Source of the DNA: Callorhinchus milii
Lineage: Eukaryota
Reading direction: 5' to 3'
Assembly (NCBI RefSeq): GCF_018977255.1
Contig: NW_024704742.1
Location: 91,390,001 to 91,454,000 of the forward strand
DNA length: 64,000 nt
In this document: piece by piece, positions 12,001 to 24,602 of the stretch
Numbering within the stretch: the stretch's first letter is position 1
How the letters are laid out: each line of letters begins with the position of its first letter
Program-made: the position numbers and the translations under genes
The notes under the pieces: generated by a model
Told to the model about the DNA's origin: nothing
Databases searched by the model: none
Seen by the model: the letters and a program-made list of their open reading frames with translations, nothing else

Positions 12001-14521
12001 GATTTACTGTAAACTGCTGTATATTTTGTAGACGAGCACGGCATCCAATTTGCGCAAACAGCAGACCCTGTTTCCTTTAATTAGACATGTTGCAAATTAG
12101 TTTTTTCCTGCCCCCCCCGCCCCCATCACTCCTTAACTTTACTAAGTATAGGCCACAACAATAGTGGATTGTATGTCAAAGACCTTTCACTTCACCCACA
12201 TGATTAGTTGCTAATTACAGATCAGATGATGTTGCATCCTTGACCAAGTGTGAAGCACACTCAGACCCTTCCCTTCTTCTCTTGACCGTGCCTGAATTTC
12301 TTCCTTGTGGCCCAATTAAAAAAAAAAGATTTTTGGAATCTTATCAGTACTGGCTGATTATTGACAAACTGATAGCTAGTTGTATTTTAACCGAGTCAGG
12401 TCAGAGTTGGGAATTTTATTTGTATTTCCCATTTGCTGAAGCCCTCTTAAATCCTTTGCTGCTCACTCCCAAGTGTTTTTCTTTGCATAAAATCCCCTTG
12501 CAGAAATAAACTCATATGATTGACGTGATGATGGAATGAAAAAAAATTGCGTCTTTCAAAGAGTTGACGATGTTAGGCTTGTTTTGCACACTGAGCCTGC
12601 TGATCCTGGATTTGTGCTGTTTCTACTAATGTATTGTCGGAAAGCTGAAGGCTGTGTTGGTGATGACTGAAATGACAAGTGACAGTGTGCGAGGTCACAT
12701 TGCCAGCAGTAAGAGTTCAGGGTTTCAGTGCCTGAAGAGATTTATTAGTAATGGTTTGGGGCTGGATTTACAGGGCTGTCAGTGTTTGAAGCTCCATTGC
12801 CACGAGCCATGGATTCAGCCTCAGTCACTGTGGTGTCCTGTAGATTGCTCTCAAGTTGTTAACATCTTAGATTCATGCTGTTTAATATGATGTGATCAGA
12901 TCGTGAATCATTTACACACGTATGCATTTTTCTTTTCCTCATTAAAATAATTTATTTTTTCTTCATAAGATGTGCGATAAATCAATTATAGTGTGACATT
13001 TGACAAATAGATTAATACATAATAAGAATTATTATAAGGGGGAAATTTGTGACTTCTTCAAATGGGGAGCTGGGTAACTTATTTGGACAATACCTCAAAA
13101 TAATAATGTGCTATTTGATACAATAATTAAAATAACTAATATTTAAATAAGTTAATTGCACTTGATGCAATGCATCCTAAATTTTGATGTACTGTATAAT
13201 GTCACATAGAAAACAAATGGATGTAGATTGTCGTAAAGAGAACAAATCAAAGCTGGATACTGGAGGTAACAGAAAGACTTGCAGCCCCTTTACTAGTGCT
13301 ACTTATTAGATTGTAAAGCTCTAACGGATGTTCCCCACATCCAACATTAAGGGATATGAGGAAAGAGGAGTAAAGTGGGATTAATGAAAAGGGCTGCTTA
13401 AAAACAACAGAAGGAATAATGGGACAGACGAGATGGCCACCTTCCATGCTGAAATGTTCACTCTCTATCTCTGGTACCCTTGGTGAGTCTCTTTATTTTA
13501 TTGAACATCGTAAAAATTCAAAATAAGCAATTGGGGGAAAAGACTGGAGTCCAGATGGCACAATTCTAACAGACGAGGGAGACCACTTGCACAAGCAATT
13601 CTGCAGGCAGCTCTTCCAACCTGTAGGGCTGCCTGTCTCTGAGCTGTCATGCCTCCTTGGGAACAGGCCAAGTGAAGGTTGGCAAGCCAACTGGAAAAAA
13701 TACTTTGTGCGTTCCACAAATGTAGAGAGGGAAGGAGGGAAGACACTTGAATCATAATTTTTTTGGTTCAGTGGAATCCTCGACTAGTTGCCAATATTGG
13801 TTTTAATTTGTGAGGGAAGATTTATTGTTGGAAGGCTGTACACACAGGGGTCAGACACAACACTGAGCTCCTCTGCAGATTCTAGATGCCGGTGGTCAGT
13901 GATGTTCTGTCAGGAATCACAAAAATAAGCTTCAGGTTTCACAGCTGGTGTGAGTATGTTTGTTTTGATTTTTTCTTTCTTTTATCTCTAGGGATCTGTT
14001 CTTGATTATGTGCTTCCGACGTGGAACTTAGTCCTTCACCAAAAAAATTAAAGCAAAACCTTGGAAGATTTTGTGCTGTTGCTTTGACAGCAGAGATTTG
14101 TGATTGATCATTTAAAAAAGCAGGACTTTTTTCACTGGGGATGTGATTGTTCCAATGGTTATACACTTTCAAAGTGATTTTGATTTTTTTAAATTTGCCA
14201 TAGATCTCTTCCATAAATAGGAAGTTAAATCCAATGGTTATATAATTGCTTTAATACAGCAGTACTGTATTTGTGATAGAAAATGTATGAACTGTTAAGT
14301 CTTACTATTGAAAATTATAAGATAAATTGGTCTGCATTCTTTACATTTCAGCATTTTTTTTACTTGCTGTAGTCTTTAAAGACCACATTCTTCTCCAACC
14401 AGTTGTACAGTCTGTAGTATTTAAAGGAACATCCCTTGGTAAAGTAATGGATTGGCCTTGAGTATTTGACTGAAAAAAATCCAATGACTAAAAAGGTGAT
14501 GTTAAAAAGTTATTTAAAGGA

Positions 14522-14853
14522 GCTCCCTCGGCTCAGCGGGCTCCAGCCTGCTTCACATTCCCCGCCTTGCCTACCCCACCATTGGCGGGCGGGCCTTCAG
14601 CCTCTCTGCCTCCACCCTCTGGAACTCCATCCCACAATCCCTCCGCCTCGCCTCCTCCCTTACCTCCTTCAAGATCCTTTTAAGACCGTCCTCTTCGACC
14701 GTGCCTTCGGTCACCCTCCTATCCCTCCCCTCCCCACCCTCCTCCCCTCCTGATGCCAACCACCAACTCGGATCGGGATCCCTGATTGTCCAGGGCCTTG
14801 GAACGTCCGCCTGATGTAAAAGGCGCTATACAAATGTGATTTGTTATTGTTGT
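14522..14853 (+). mobile_element. L2-clade LINE 3' fragment
   Basis: ORF2 C-terminal motif (PTIGGRAFS...LWNSIP...FK..LKT.LF) in one frame, followed by the tail ...gtaaaaggcgctatacaaatgtgatttgttattgttgt. Confidence 0.85.
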
Positions 14854-16189
14854 CATCTTGTTGGATGGCCGATCAGCTGCTCACTGGTTGTAAAGCTGGG
14901 CTAGAGGAGTGTCTTCATTGCACTTTGCCTTCCAGCACCTACCAGCAATCTACCCTTTCACCGAGTGGTGACCGGTGCTGAGAGATGGAACGGTGTATTT
15001 GCAGTTTTTGATCATCAGAAACTATAGAAAAAAATGCCATCCAAATTGTGAGGCCAGCCACTTTGGGAAGTCTTTAACTTGAAAGTACATGATCACACGT
15101 GGTGTATTTGCAAGAGACGTACTCCAGGATAAAGCTACGGTAGGGACTGATACATGAGTGTTCATTTAAAGAGTCCCAGAGTAAATCAGCGGGAAATGCA
15201 TTGGGATTGTGTGGGAGCTAAAGCTTGTCCCACCTTGGCAGCACATGTTGTAATGTGTAATGTTCTGCCAAGGTGGTAAGAGCTTGCTCACTGCACCACA
15301 GAATGGTCCGTTCCTCTATTGAGAGTCGAGGGCCTCCCACATCCTCCCAGTGTGTACATTGTATTATTAAATTGGCAGCAGATATGATTTTAAAAAGAAG
15401 CTTTAAAAGTAATCTGACACCACCCACTGTTGTATTAAATAGCGAGTGCTGATAACATCATCAGGTGAGCTCATCTGGAGGGGTTTCCTCGTCTGACAGT
15501 GTGAATAATAGGAGATCTAGTTTAACATTGGCAGGAAACCAAAACCAGTCAGATTTGAAATTTCATCTGTATATGTTCATGCATCTCCTTTTATACCACT
15601 GCTGCATATTCTAGCATTGCTACTCACTATTTACATCTGAATCCCACATAAATGGAACACCACAAAATATGATTGTGAAATTCACTCCTGGGCTTTGTGG
15701 CTGTTGTGTTACCGAGCTGACACAGGGACCAGAAAGGTCTGGGGTTTGATTTCCTGTTCCCTGTTCTGTGCTGAGTTATTTTATCGCAGTTAGGGAAGCA
15801 ATGAAGTGGATAAAACTAAACCTTGTATTAACTTGGGAAATAGCTCTTCCCAATTGCGATTCACTGCATCCCTATCCCCACATCACCCCCCACAACTGGA
15901 AAGTAAGTGTGCCTTGCTTATCATGTCCCCATGTCCAATATCTTGATCACTCCTCTGCATTGAGTCCTACAGATGAAGAATGATCTCTTGGGTGAAGTAT
16001 CAGAGGGCTGTTAGCTCGCAAAAAATTGTACCCTGGTATAACTACCTGGCCTTTAGGAGAGAGGGATTGAGAATAAAACAGGAAGCAAATTAGAGGAGGA
16101 AATGTTTTGGAGGAAAACACACAGAATGTAATATCACTTGTGTATTTTACCTGATATTATTCTTAATTACAAATGTTTGATCTTTGAAG

Positions 16190-16600
16190 GAGTTGCTAGT
16201 GAGGAGGGATGGGGGGTCTGCAGTGGGCTCTCGTGGAGGGAGTGAGTGGAGATTGGGTAGAAGAAGATAGCAAAAATAGGGAGGTACTAGGGAGTGACAG
16301 GATTTGTAGGTGTTGCAGAGGACCTTGAAATCAATCTGTTGGAAGCCAGTGGAGCCTGGTGAGGACTGGGATAATGGGTATGTGGAGTTTGGTGTGGGTA
16401 AGGATACAGGCAGCGGAATTTTGTATCAGCTGTAATTTTAGAGTTTTGGCAGCATATTATGCGAGATGGGGAAGGAGGTGGGCAAAGTGGCAAAAGTGAA
16501 GGAAGGAAAATGGTCTTGACTAACGACCAAATATGAGGAAGGAAGGAGAGCCGAGTATCAAACCAAACTGAAAGTTGTATTATTGGAACTTGGACACCCA
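16190..16600 (-). mobile_element. Degraded L2 LINE fragment
   Basis: Minus-strand translation includes VWFDTRLSFLPHIWSLVKTIF, homologous to IRFDPQLSFLPHIQSLTRTAF in the 59.3-60.8 kb copy. Confidence 0.7.
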
Positions 16601-18652
16601 GTGATGGACTGGATTTTATGTAAGGAATGTGTAAGTGTTTTTTNCTCTCCTCTCCCATTTCCCTGCTGAAGCAGCTTATATAGCACTGCAACCAAGGCCT
16701 CTGTCTGATTGAACAAGCGAGGCCATCAATCCAATCTGTTGCTTGTCAAAGCCTGGGCAGGAAAGCCTACCACTGAATACTATGCGAGGCAAAGTCAACC
16801 CAAATAATGTTTTGTAGAAAAAAATGAAAAAGATGAATTTAGACTATTAAATAACCTAAACCTCCCAGAAATTAAATCACAAAATTACTAACTCCAAAGA
16901 GTTACATGTGAGTAGAGCAAGTGATGTTACTCCTCGATGTGGAGAGTTCGATCATTCCTATTTCTCACAGCTTCCCTTTTTAACCAGTAACTTGCCATAT
17001 GAAGAAAATGTGGAGCAATGTCTCCTGACTGCCCTCCCCTCTCTAATGTATGTACAAGTGGGAACAGGATTCCTAGGCCACTCTCCCAAGGGAATAGAAT
17101 GCTGCTGCATATTGGTTTAAAAAAAATGGTTGGAAATAGGTTGTTTGCTGTGTTGGCCTGTGCTGGGTGTCAGGAATAAGCTAAGAGCTTCACCACTCTT
17201 GACCAATGAACCACTACTGAGCTTGCTTATTGAATCAGCAGTGAACTCTTTAACTCATTTGCTCTCAATCATAAAAACCGACACAGGAACGATAATGTCT
17301 ATCGTTTTAATATTGCACAGATTGTGCAAAAATCATTAAATGGACTAAATCACTCATTCAGTCTTAATTCAGAAGCTGGATTTCTGCCAAAATAAAACTG
17401 TGCCCATATTAATATTGAAATTTGCACAATTTTGGACAATCATGAATTTTAAGACAATTTGGTATTAAAGACTAAGACGAGGTGGTATCTGGATATCATG
17501 GACTGTGTCTGATCCACTTACAATCGTAAACTCTCAGTTGGATCAATGCAGAAAATGGCTGCTGTACCATAGAACTGTAAGTTGCCTCTTGCTGAGCGCT
17601 CCAAGATGCTACCCTGTATGAAGAATTCTATATTAATGTGAGTTGTTGTTGTTGTGTAGGCAGTGAATTGGGTTGGCTGGTAACCCATCGGTATTACAGA
17701 GGTCCCCCTCCCCAGATTTGGTGGTGTATGGCTTCTAAACAAGCACTTGATCATTGTGGCCCTGAAACAAATTAAAATCTTCCTGCGTGTATCTTTAAAA
17801 AGTCTGGAATCCAGAAAGTGTTAACTGCACCGTGGTAAAATGATTTGGCATGCAACACAAGGCAGGGCTGTGGCTCGCTGAGGGATGAATTAATCCTGGG
17901 AATCACATGTTAGTCAAACGAGGATCTCCTGGAGGAATGTCAACACCGAACTGTATTGTAACCATTACAGTTTATTGTAGCATTCATGTGTTGTCACTTG
18001 GTTGGTGCAGTTGCCAGTTATTATACAACTGGGGGTTTGGAATAGATCACAAATGATCTTTGCATTTGACGTAGACATGTCTCCAAGCTCTTCAGTGGGA
18101 ATTTCTGTACATTGTGTATTCATAAGTGAATGCTGCAGCCAATTTGCAAGCAGCAATGTCCAACAAACAGTACAATCAATAGTCATGAAGTAAACAACCA
18201 ATTTTACATGGAGGAACCAGGATAAGCTCCATTCTCTTTTTGAATAGGGATCACAATATACATACAATACAATTCACCCACAAAATATATAGTCAATTCA
18301 CTTCACGGTATATTCTGTGAAGTGCTTTAAGATGTCTTAAAGATGTGATAAGGCACTATATCAAACGCAAGGATTATTAGTAATTTACATTTATACAAAA
18401 CCTTTCATGTCGAGAGGACGCTTCATACAGCTGGCTGAGCACCTTTAAAATATGTGTTTTATCCAAAGCTTATGCCATACATTACTTGGATGTGGGTTCA
18501 ACCCACTTTTTCTGGTTCCCTTCATAAGAAAGCAAAAAAGGCTACATTACAAGACAATGTGTGTAGAGAGGAAGACCTCTGGCCTGGAGAAGCAATACCT
18601 CTCAAGAGTAAGTAGAAATCTTCCTATAAATACTGTGACCCATGGTTTTAGA

Positions 18653-19100
18653 TGTCAGCCTAGTTCAGTTAGTTAGCAATCTTGCCTCTGAGTCAGAAGG
18701 TTGTGAATTCAAGCCCCACGTCAGGTTGTGAATTCAAGTCAGGGATTGAAACTCATGTGGGCTCTGCAGTGCTGGTGTGCGCTGCATTGTTAGAGGTGTT
18801 GTCCTTCAGGTGAGACATTAAACCGAGGTCCTGACTGCCTGTTCAGATGGATGTGAAAGATCCCATGGCATTATTTGGAAAAAGAAGGGAGTTTCTCCCA
18901 GTGTCTTGGACAACAATCCCTACAATTAAATTAGTCATTCACTTCATGGCTGTTTGTAGGACATTGCTGTACATAAGTTGGCTGCCGTGTTTGCTCACAA
19001 AATACACACAGTCACACCACTTTATAGTATATCCTGCGAAGCGCTTTGAGATGTCTCAACGACTTGATAAGGTGCTATATCAAATGGCAAGAATTATATT
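18653..19100 (+). mobile_element. Deu-domain SINE (SacSINE1/AmnSINE1-like), near full length
   Basis: tRNA-like head (tgtcagcctagttcagttagttagcaatcttgcctctgagtcagaaggttgtgaattcaagcccc); Deu-type body gtccttcaggtgagacattaaaccgagg...aaagatcccatggcattattt...gtgtcttggacaacaatccc...ggctgtttgtaggacattgctgt; L2-like tail. Family name from recalled consensus. Confidence 0.8.
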
Positions 19101-19651
19101 TATTTTGTGTTTACATTAGTTAAATGGAAGAAGTGCAAGATAAACAAAGTATTGGATTCAGCTTCTGGGAAGGCTGGAATTGAGGCTAATTTGCAGTGAT
19201 TTGAAACAGGACTCCCTTAAGCAACCATGTTTGAAGTTAAATATTAGACTCCATTGTGCTTGAAGAAATTAGACCCTGTCAAGAGCAATTTCTTGTTGAT
19301 GGCTAAATCCTCCAGAAATTCTCATCACCATATGATTGTGAATTGTACAAATCCATGGTCACTCTTCCCCCGCAACATACACATACATAGTCCTGTACTC
19401 CTTGACTCTAGGCTAAACATTATCATTCCCAAAGTTGTGTTGTACTGTAGGTCACATGTGGTCACTTGGGTAAATTGAAAGGGGCATTGTTATTTTTAAA
19501 TACTCCAGAAAACCAATTTGCATGGCAGTAAAAAAAATATTTTACCTTTTGATTTATGTCTTTTTGGGTGTAAATGTCAAACATAAGTGTGTTTCAAAGC
19601 AGACTGGCATTAAAGGTTCATTTTGCTGGGTGACATGAAGCAGATGTTTGT

Positions 19652-20110
19652 ACAACAACAAAATTGCATTTGTATAGCACCTTTCACTTTGGGAAGACGT
19701 CCCAAGGTGCTGGACAATCAGTGTTTTGGACCCGAGCTGGGGGTCGGGATCGGGGAGGGTGGAGGACAGGGGATGGAAGGAGGGTGACCGAGGGCATGGT
19801 CGAAGAGGAGGGTCTTGAGATGGGTCTTAAAGGAAGCAAGGGAGGGCCTTAGCTGGATGGATTGTGGGATGGAGTTCCAGAAGGTGGGAGCAGAGTGGCA
19901 GAAGGCTCGCCCGCCAATGGTGGGGCTGGCAAGACAGGGGAACTTGGGCATTGAATGACTAACCAAAGTGAAGCAGGTTGCAGCCTGCTGAGTGGAGGGA
20001 TTGGGCAGGATGGTAGGGATTTAGGAGGTTGTAGAGGTAGGGGGAACAAGGCCATGGAGGACTTTGAAGGTGAGCACCAGGATCTTGAACTGTATCCGCT
20101 GTGTGATGGG
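19652..20110 (-). mobile_element. L2 LINE 3' fragment
   Basis: Minus ORF 19718-19966 reads PTIGGRAFCHSAPTFWNSIPQSIQLRPSLASFKTHLKTLLF; (ttg)n tail at about 19652. Confidence 0.88.
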
Positions 20111-23100
20111 AAGGCAGTGGAGTTGGATGAGGATGTGTACCTCAGGGGATCCATCTTGGCAGCACTTTCTCACTGGTTTCCAAACACTTGCACTGCAATT
20201 CTGTCAACAGCATTGAATACCATCATCCTCTTAACTGAATGTGGCCTCCTGAGAATGAATATTGAGCTTGGAACACACTTCTCTTGGGCCTTCTCTTCAC
20301 AGGCACTGTTAATATAATGCTCTGGTGCTCTTTTAATATGTGCTCTGGTGAACGCTGTGTTTTTTAGTTAACAACTCGTAACTTGTTTCTGCACTGCCAT
20401 CGTCAGTGCAGATCAAGGAGTGGACTGGTTGTAAAGAAACTTGAGCAGGCGTTAAAGCAGCTTTTACACTCCCACTGACACAACTATTGCAGAATTTAAA
20501 AAAAACATTCTGTGTGAAATAACCCAAAACCAAAATGTCTTATCCTGTTGCTATCAGTCATCCACATGTTTAAAATGTATAACTTTAGGAAAATACAGTG
20601 AAACGTGTTTATTTTTTTAAACTCTCTTAAGTCTAATCTGTATAAATCGTACAATCGCCCAAGTTGTACATCTGCCCAGGACTTTTCCTATTATTTATAA
20701 GTTTTACATAAACTCATACTTTGGTTAGTCATTCAATGTACAGTCCCAACTGATAAGACTTATGTAAGGTTTATTGTATGTCCCTCTTTAGGAACTAAAT
20801 TAAATGCAGTATCCTGTAGTACTGAAACCCACAATTACATGTGTGTGTAAGCGTAACATCGCAAGAATTCAGTCCATAATTCAACTATACAAACATTTAC
20901 TATAAAACTTCCGTTTTTTAAAAAAAATTCCCCCCCCACCCCCAAACTTCACATTCATTCTTACCTCTTGTCTTTTACTCCATTCTACATTTTTAATCAC
21001 TTTCATTGTGATCTGCACATCTTGTTATAAAACACAAAACACATGTCCCTGGAGGATTGTGTTCTGAGTCTGCATTGTGGTCTATTAGGTTGACAAAGAT
21101 GACTGGCTGCATTGGTTGTGAATGACATGAATCCAGCCTGACAGAAAGAGGATATGGTAGCTTCACAGATGGCAATGTCTCAGCACCCTGTGGACACTGG
21201 CATTGTGTTGTAAACAAATCTTGCACTTCAGATATTGAATCATTCCTTGCAGAATGAGGAGCTGCGGTTGATAAGATGCTAGTTACCTCATTTTATGCTT
21301 TCAACACGGTCTGAAATAGAGAAGACTGCTGAGAATGGGAGAATAAGTACATGAAGCACTACTCTCGATCAGATAAACAAATGACAATGTTGACACTATT
21401 ATTAAGTAAAACTATCCTGCAGAAACCAGCTGCTTACCTACAATACCAGTTGAAGGCAGTAACTGAATAGACTGTGTGACCTCAATCGAGTAGACAATCC
21501 ACCCCCTCGCCAAAACATGCTCAAGACACTGTCCCAGCTGAACCATGACACATAGCACTGTGGCAAAACCGCAATTAGAACAAAGCGAGCATAAACACAG
21601 ACACCATCATCTGGTCACCATTATTGGAGCTGACCTAGTTTGATCCCACCCACCTCACTCTCCAAACAAAATTGTTGTAGGCTTCCCTCAAATAGTAATT
21701 CTCTCATTTGATACAGGTCTCACATTGAGTTGACGTCTCTAAGCATTTCACAAGGTGACTTGGCAAAACCATTGAGATGAATGGTTGGGTTGCTGGGTTC
21801 AGGGACTGGAGGAGTATTTTCCTCCCTCTCTTTCCCTTTCCCCAAATATTCAGAGGTTTATGATCAGAGCCTATGACCCATCATGCAACCTCTCTGGATT
21901 TCTTCTGAAGCTAAGTTTAAAAGTAATCATTTCCAAGCACCGATTACAACCTGAGCAAAAAGCTGTGCTATGTTGTTTGAACACATCACACGGTAGCAAG
22001 TGCCCTTTAAAATCTTATGACTTTAAATGCTCCATTTAGAATATTAATAAAAAGTTCCAATTCTGTTTGATTACCAGAATACTGAGCTGTGCATGTGAAA
22101 TTTTATAATACAGTTCTAAATTGATGAAGATAATTTTTTTGTTATTTTTTACCTTGACTTAATGAGCAGATATTGTGGTTGTTTACTGTACAGATATCAT
22201 TGCACATCCCATTAAACCAGTGAACTTACAAGTCAGCCCAGGAATTATTTGTGACCCAGCCCTCCTTTAGTTATACTATGATGACTTCCCAGATAAGTGA
22301 TATTGCTGCGGTTGAGATTCAGTGCTATTCTCGCTCCTTTCGTGCTGTCTATGAGTGAAAGAGAAGGAATACTTTTAAGACATCAGCCTTTCACCACATC
22401 CATGGATCAAGTCAAAATGCTGAACTGAATCTAAAGGTCCTTAAAAAATATCAGTCATGTAGATTTTCTTCCCCTATAATGGGAAGGTGCCTGACAACAA
22501 CAGCACTTGACAACAGTCCACAAGGAACGATTGAAACTAGGAGCTCACCAATTGGGTGCTGACACATGTTGCATTATTGTCCCAGTAAGGATTTTATTTA
22601 CTCTGCCAGTTTTGTGCCTCTGCTTTTCATTCCTCTCCTCCTGCTGCTGAAGATTTTCGTATTCTTTTCTGATGGAGTGCTGCTCTGCAGGTGTCAATCT
22701 GGTACTTTCCCCCCCAAGGGATGCATTATTTAAGTGTTAGACCTAAACTGGAGTGTTGGTAGACTATTCAGTGAGCCTGATGCTGTTCTCGCTCGGGGTC
22801 CTCACACACAGGAATCTTTGAACATTGATTAGGCGTGGGAACACAAGCTGGTAGAGTGTCCTCTCTAATCTGTAGAGGCCAATTACAGCACCTCAAGTAC
22901 TGCTCTGGCCTGGCACTGAGAACAGCTTTAGATTTCTAAAGCCTAGTGCTGCAGGAAGCATTGCCTTTATCCACTGGGGGAATGTGCAGGATCTTGAACA
23001 AGTTGCTGCTTGGAATTGTAACCCCCACCCCACAGTTAGTGAGAACCACTACATTAGACCGTGTTTACGTAACTGTTCTCCACTTAGTTTTGATGCCTTT

Positions 23101-23296
23101 AAATCCCCAAATTTTTTCTACTAGAACATGTTGTTATGATTCACATTTGTTTTTAAAAAGCAACACAATGCTATTCTCAAGCTTCCAGCACACATCGAAT
23201 AAATAAACTAGAAATTTAAATGCCTACTTTAAATAGTTTCCACTTGAATAGCACTTTCCATCTAAACAACTTTGTTTTCCTTCTTCTTCCCCACAG

Positions 23297-23454
23297 GAAA
23301 AGGCAATCAATCGCCTTAAAAAACACGATTGGAAATAACAGCATTGTGAAGTAATTTTGAGAAGTTTTGACAATAAAAGGAGGAAACCGCTAAGACTTGG
23401 TTATTAACAACTGGCTGGTTTGTGTTTACTGGGCGAGCCAACTGGCTTTTGACC
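23297..23454 (+). other. MOB3B: 5'UTR portion of the first coding exon of MOB3B
   Basis: Strong acceptor tttgttttccttcttcttccccacag|G ending at 23296; no ATG between 23297 and 23454. This implies at least one non-coding upstream exon. Confidence 0.8.
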
Positions 23455-23872
23455 ATGTCAATAGCTTTGAAGCAGGTGTTCAATAAGGACAAGACGTTTC
23501 GGCCAAAGAGGAAATTTGAGCCGGGCACTCAAAGGTTTGAACTGCATAAGAAAGCTCAGGCCTCTCTAAGCTCAGGGGTAGACCTAAAAGGTGCTGTCCA
23601 GCTGCCCAATGGTGAAGACCTGAACGACTGGATTGCTGTTCACGTGGTGGACTTCTTTAATCGTATTAACCTGATCTATGGGACCATATGTGAGTTCTGC
23701 ACCGAGAGGAGCTGTCCCATCATGTCAGGAGGACAGAAGTATGAATATCGGTGGCAAGATGATCACAAGTATAAAAGGCCCACTGCACTACCAGCCCCAC
23801 ATTATATGAGCCTTCTGATGGATTGGATTGAGGTCCAAATCAACAATGAAGAAATCTTCCCAACAAGCATAG
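23455..23872 (+). CDS. MOB3B: MOB kinase activator 3B, first coding exon (codons 1-139 plus 1 nt)
   Basis: Translates [45 protein letters not shown]...[46 protein letters not shown]...[11 protein letters not shown](G), which closely matches vertebrate MOB3B as recalled (N-terminus MSIALKQVF differs from MOB3A and MOB3C). ATG context gaccATG; donor ag|gtaagt after 23872; 418 nt, phase 1. Confidence 0.97.
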
Positions 23873-23895
23873 GTAAGTAACCTTTTGCACAGAGA

Positions 23896-24590
23896 AACAA
23901 CAACAGCAAATTACACATATTTACGTCAGGAGGACAGCCCAGTGCGCTGGACAGTCAAGGATTTGGACCTGAGCAGGGGGTTGGGATTAGGAGGGGTGGA
24001 GGGCAGGGAGACATGCCACATGCCAGAGGGTAAGGGGAGGTGGATGATCAAAGGCACGGTCGAAGAGGAGGGTCTTGAGACATGCCTTGAAGAAGGCAAG
24101 GGAGGCTGTGGTATGGTATTCCAAAGCTTGAGGGGCAGGGAGGCTGAAGGTCCAGCCGCCGATGTTGGGGCGGGCAGGCCGGGTGGAGGACATGGAGCAG
24201 TCTGGAGCCTGCTGAGTGGAGGGAGCGGACAGGTTGATATGGGGTTAGCAGGTCACAGAGGTAGGAAGGAGCAAGGCCATGGAGAAGAGTACGAGGGATT
24301 TTGAACTCTGAGGGATGGGGAGACAGTAGAGCCGGGAGAGGGTGGGGATGATAGGGTCACGGAGCCTGGCGCGGAGAGTACATGAGCTACAGAGTTCTGG
24401 ATGAACTGTAGCTTGTGGAGGACAGAGTTGGGAAAGTCGACAAGCAGGGAGTTGGCGTAGTCGAGCCTAGATGTGATAAACCTGTGAATGAGGGTTTTGG
24501 CAGCCTGAGGGGTGAGGCAATGGCAGAGCTGGGCAATGGTGCCCAGGTGGGGGAAGGCAGAGCGGGTCATGACACGGATGTGGGGGAGAA
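23896..24590 (-). mobile_element. L2 LINE fragment immediately 3' of the exon donor
   Basis: Minus ORF 24253-24570 reads AAKTLIHRFITSRLDYANSLLVDFPNSVLHKLQFIQNSVAHVL (typical L2 ORF2); (ttg)n tail. Confidence 0.9.
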
Positions 24591-24602
24591 AGAATGAACA
24601 TT

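Noticed and set aside
23422..23454. N-terminal extension [11 protein letters not shown] in the ORF track
   Set aside because: It starts at GTG; homology begins at the ATG at 23455.
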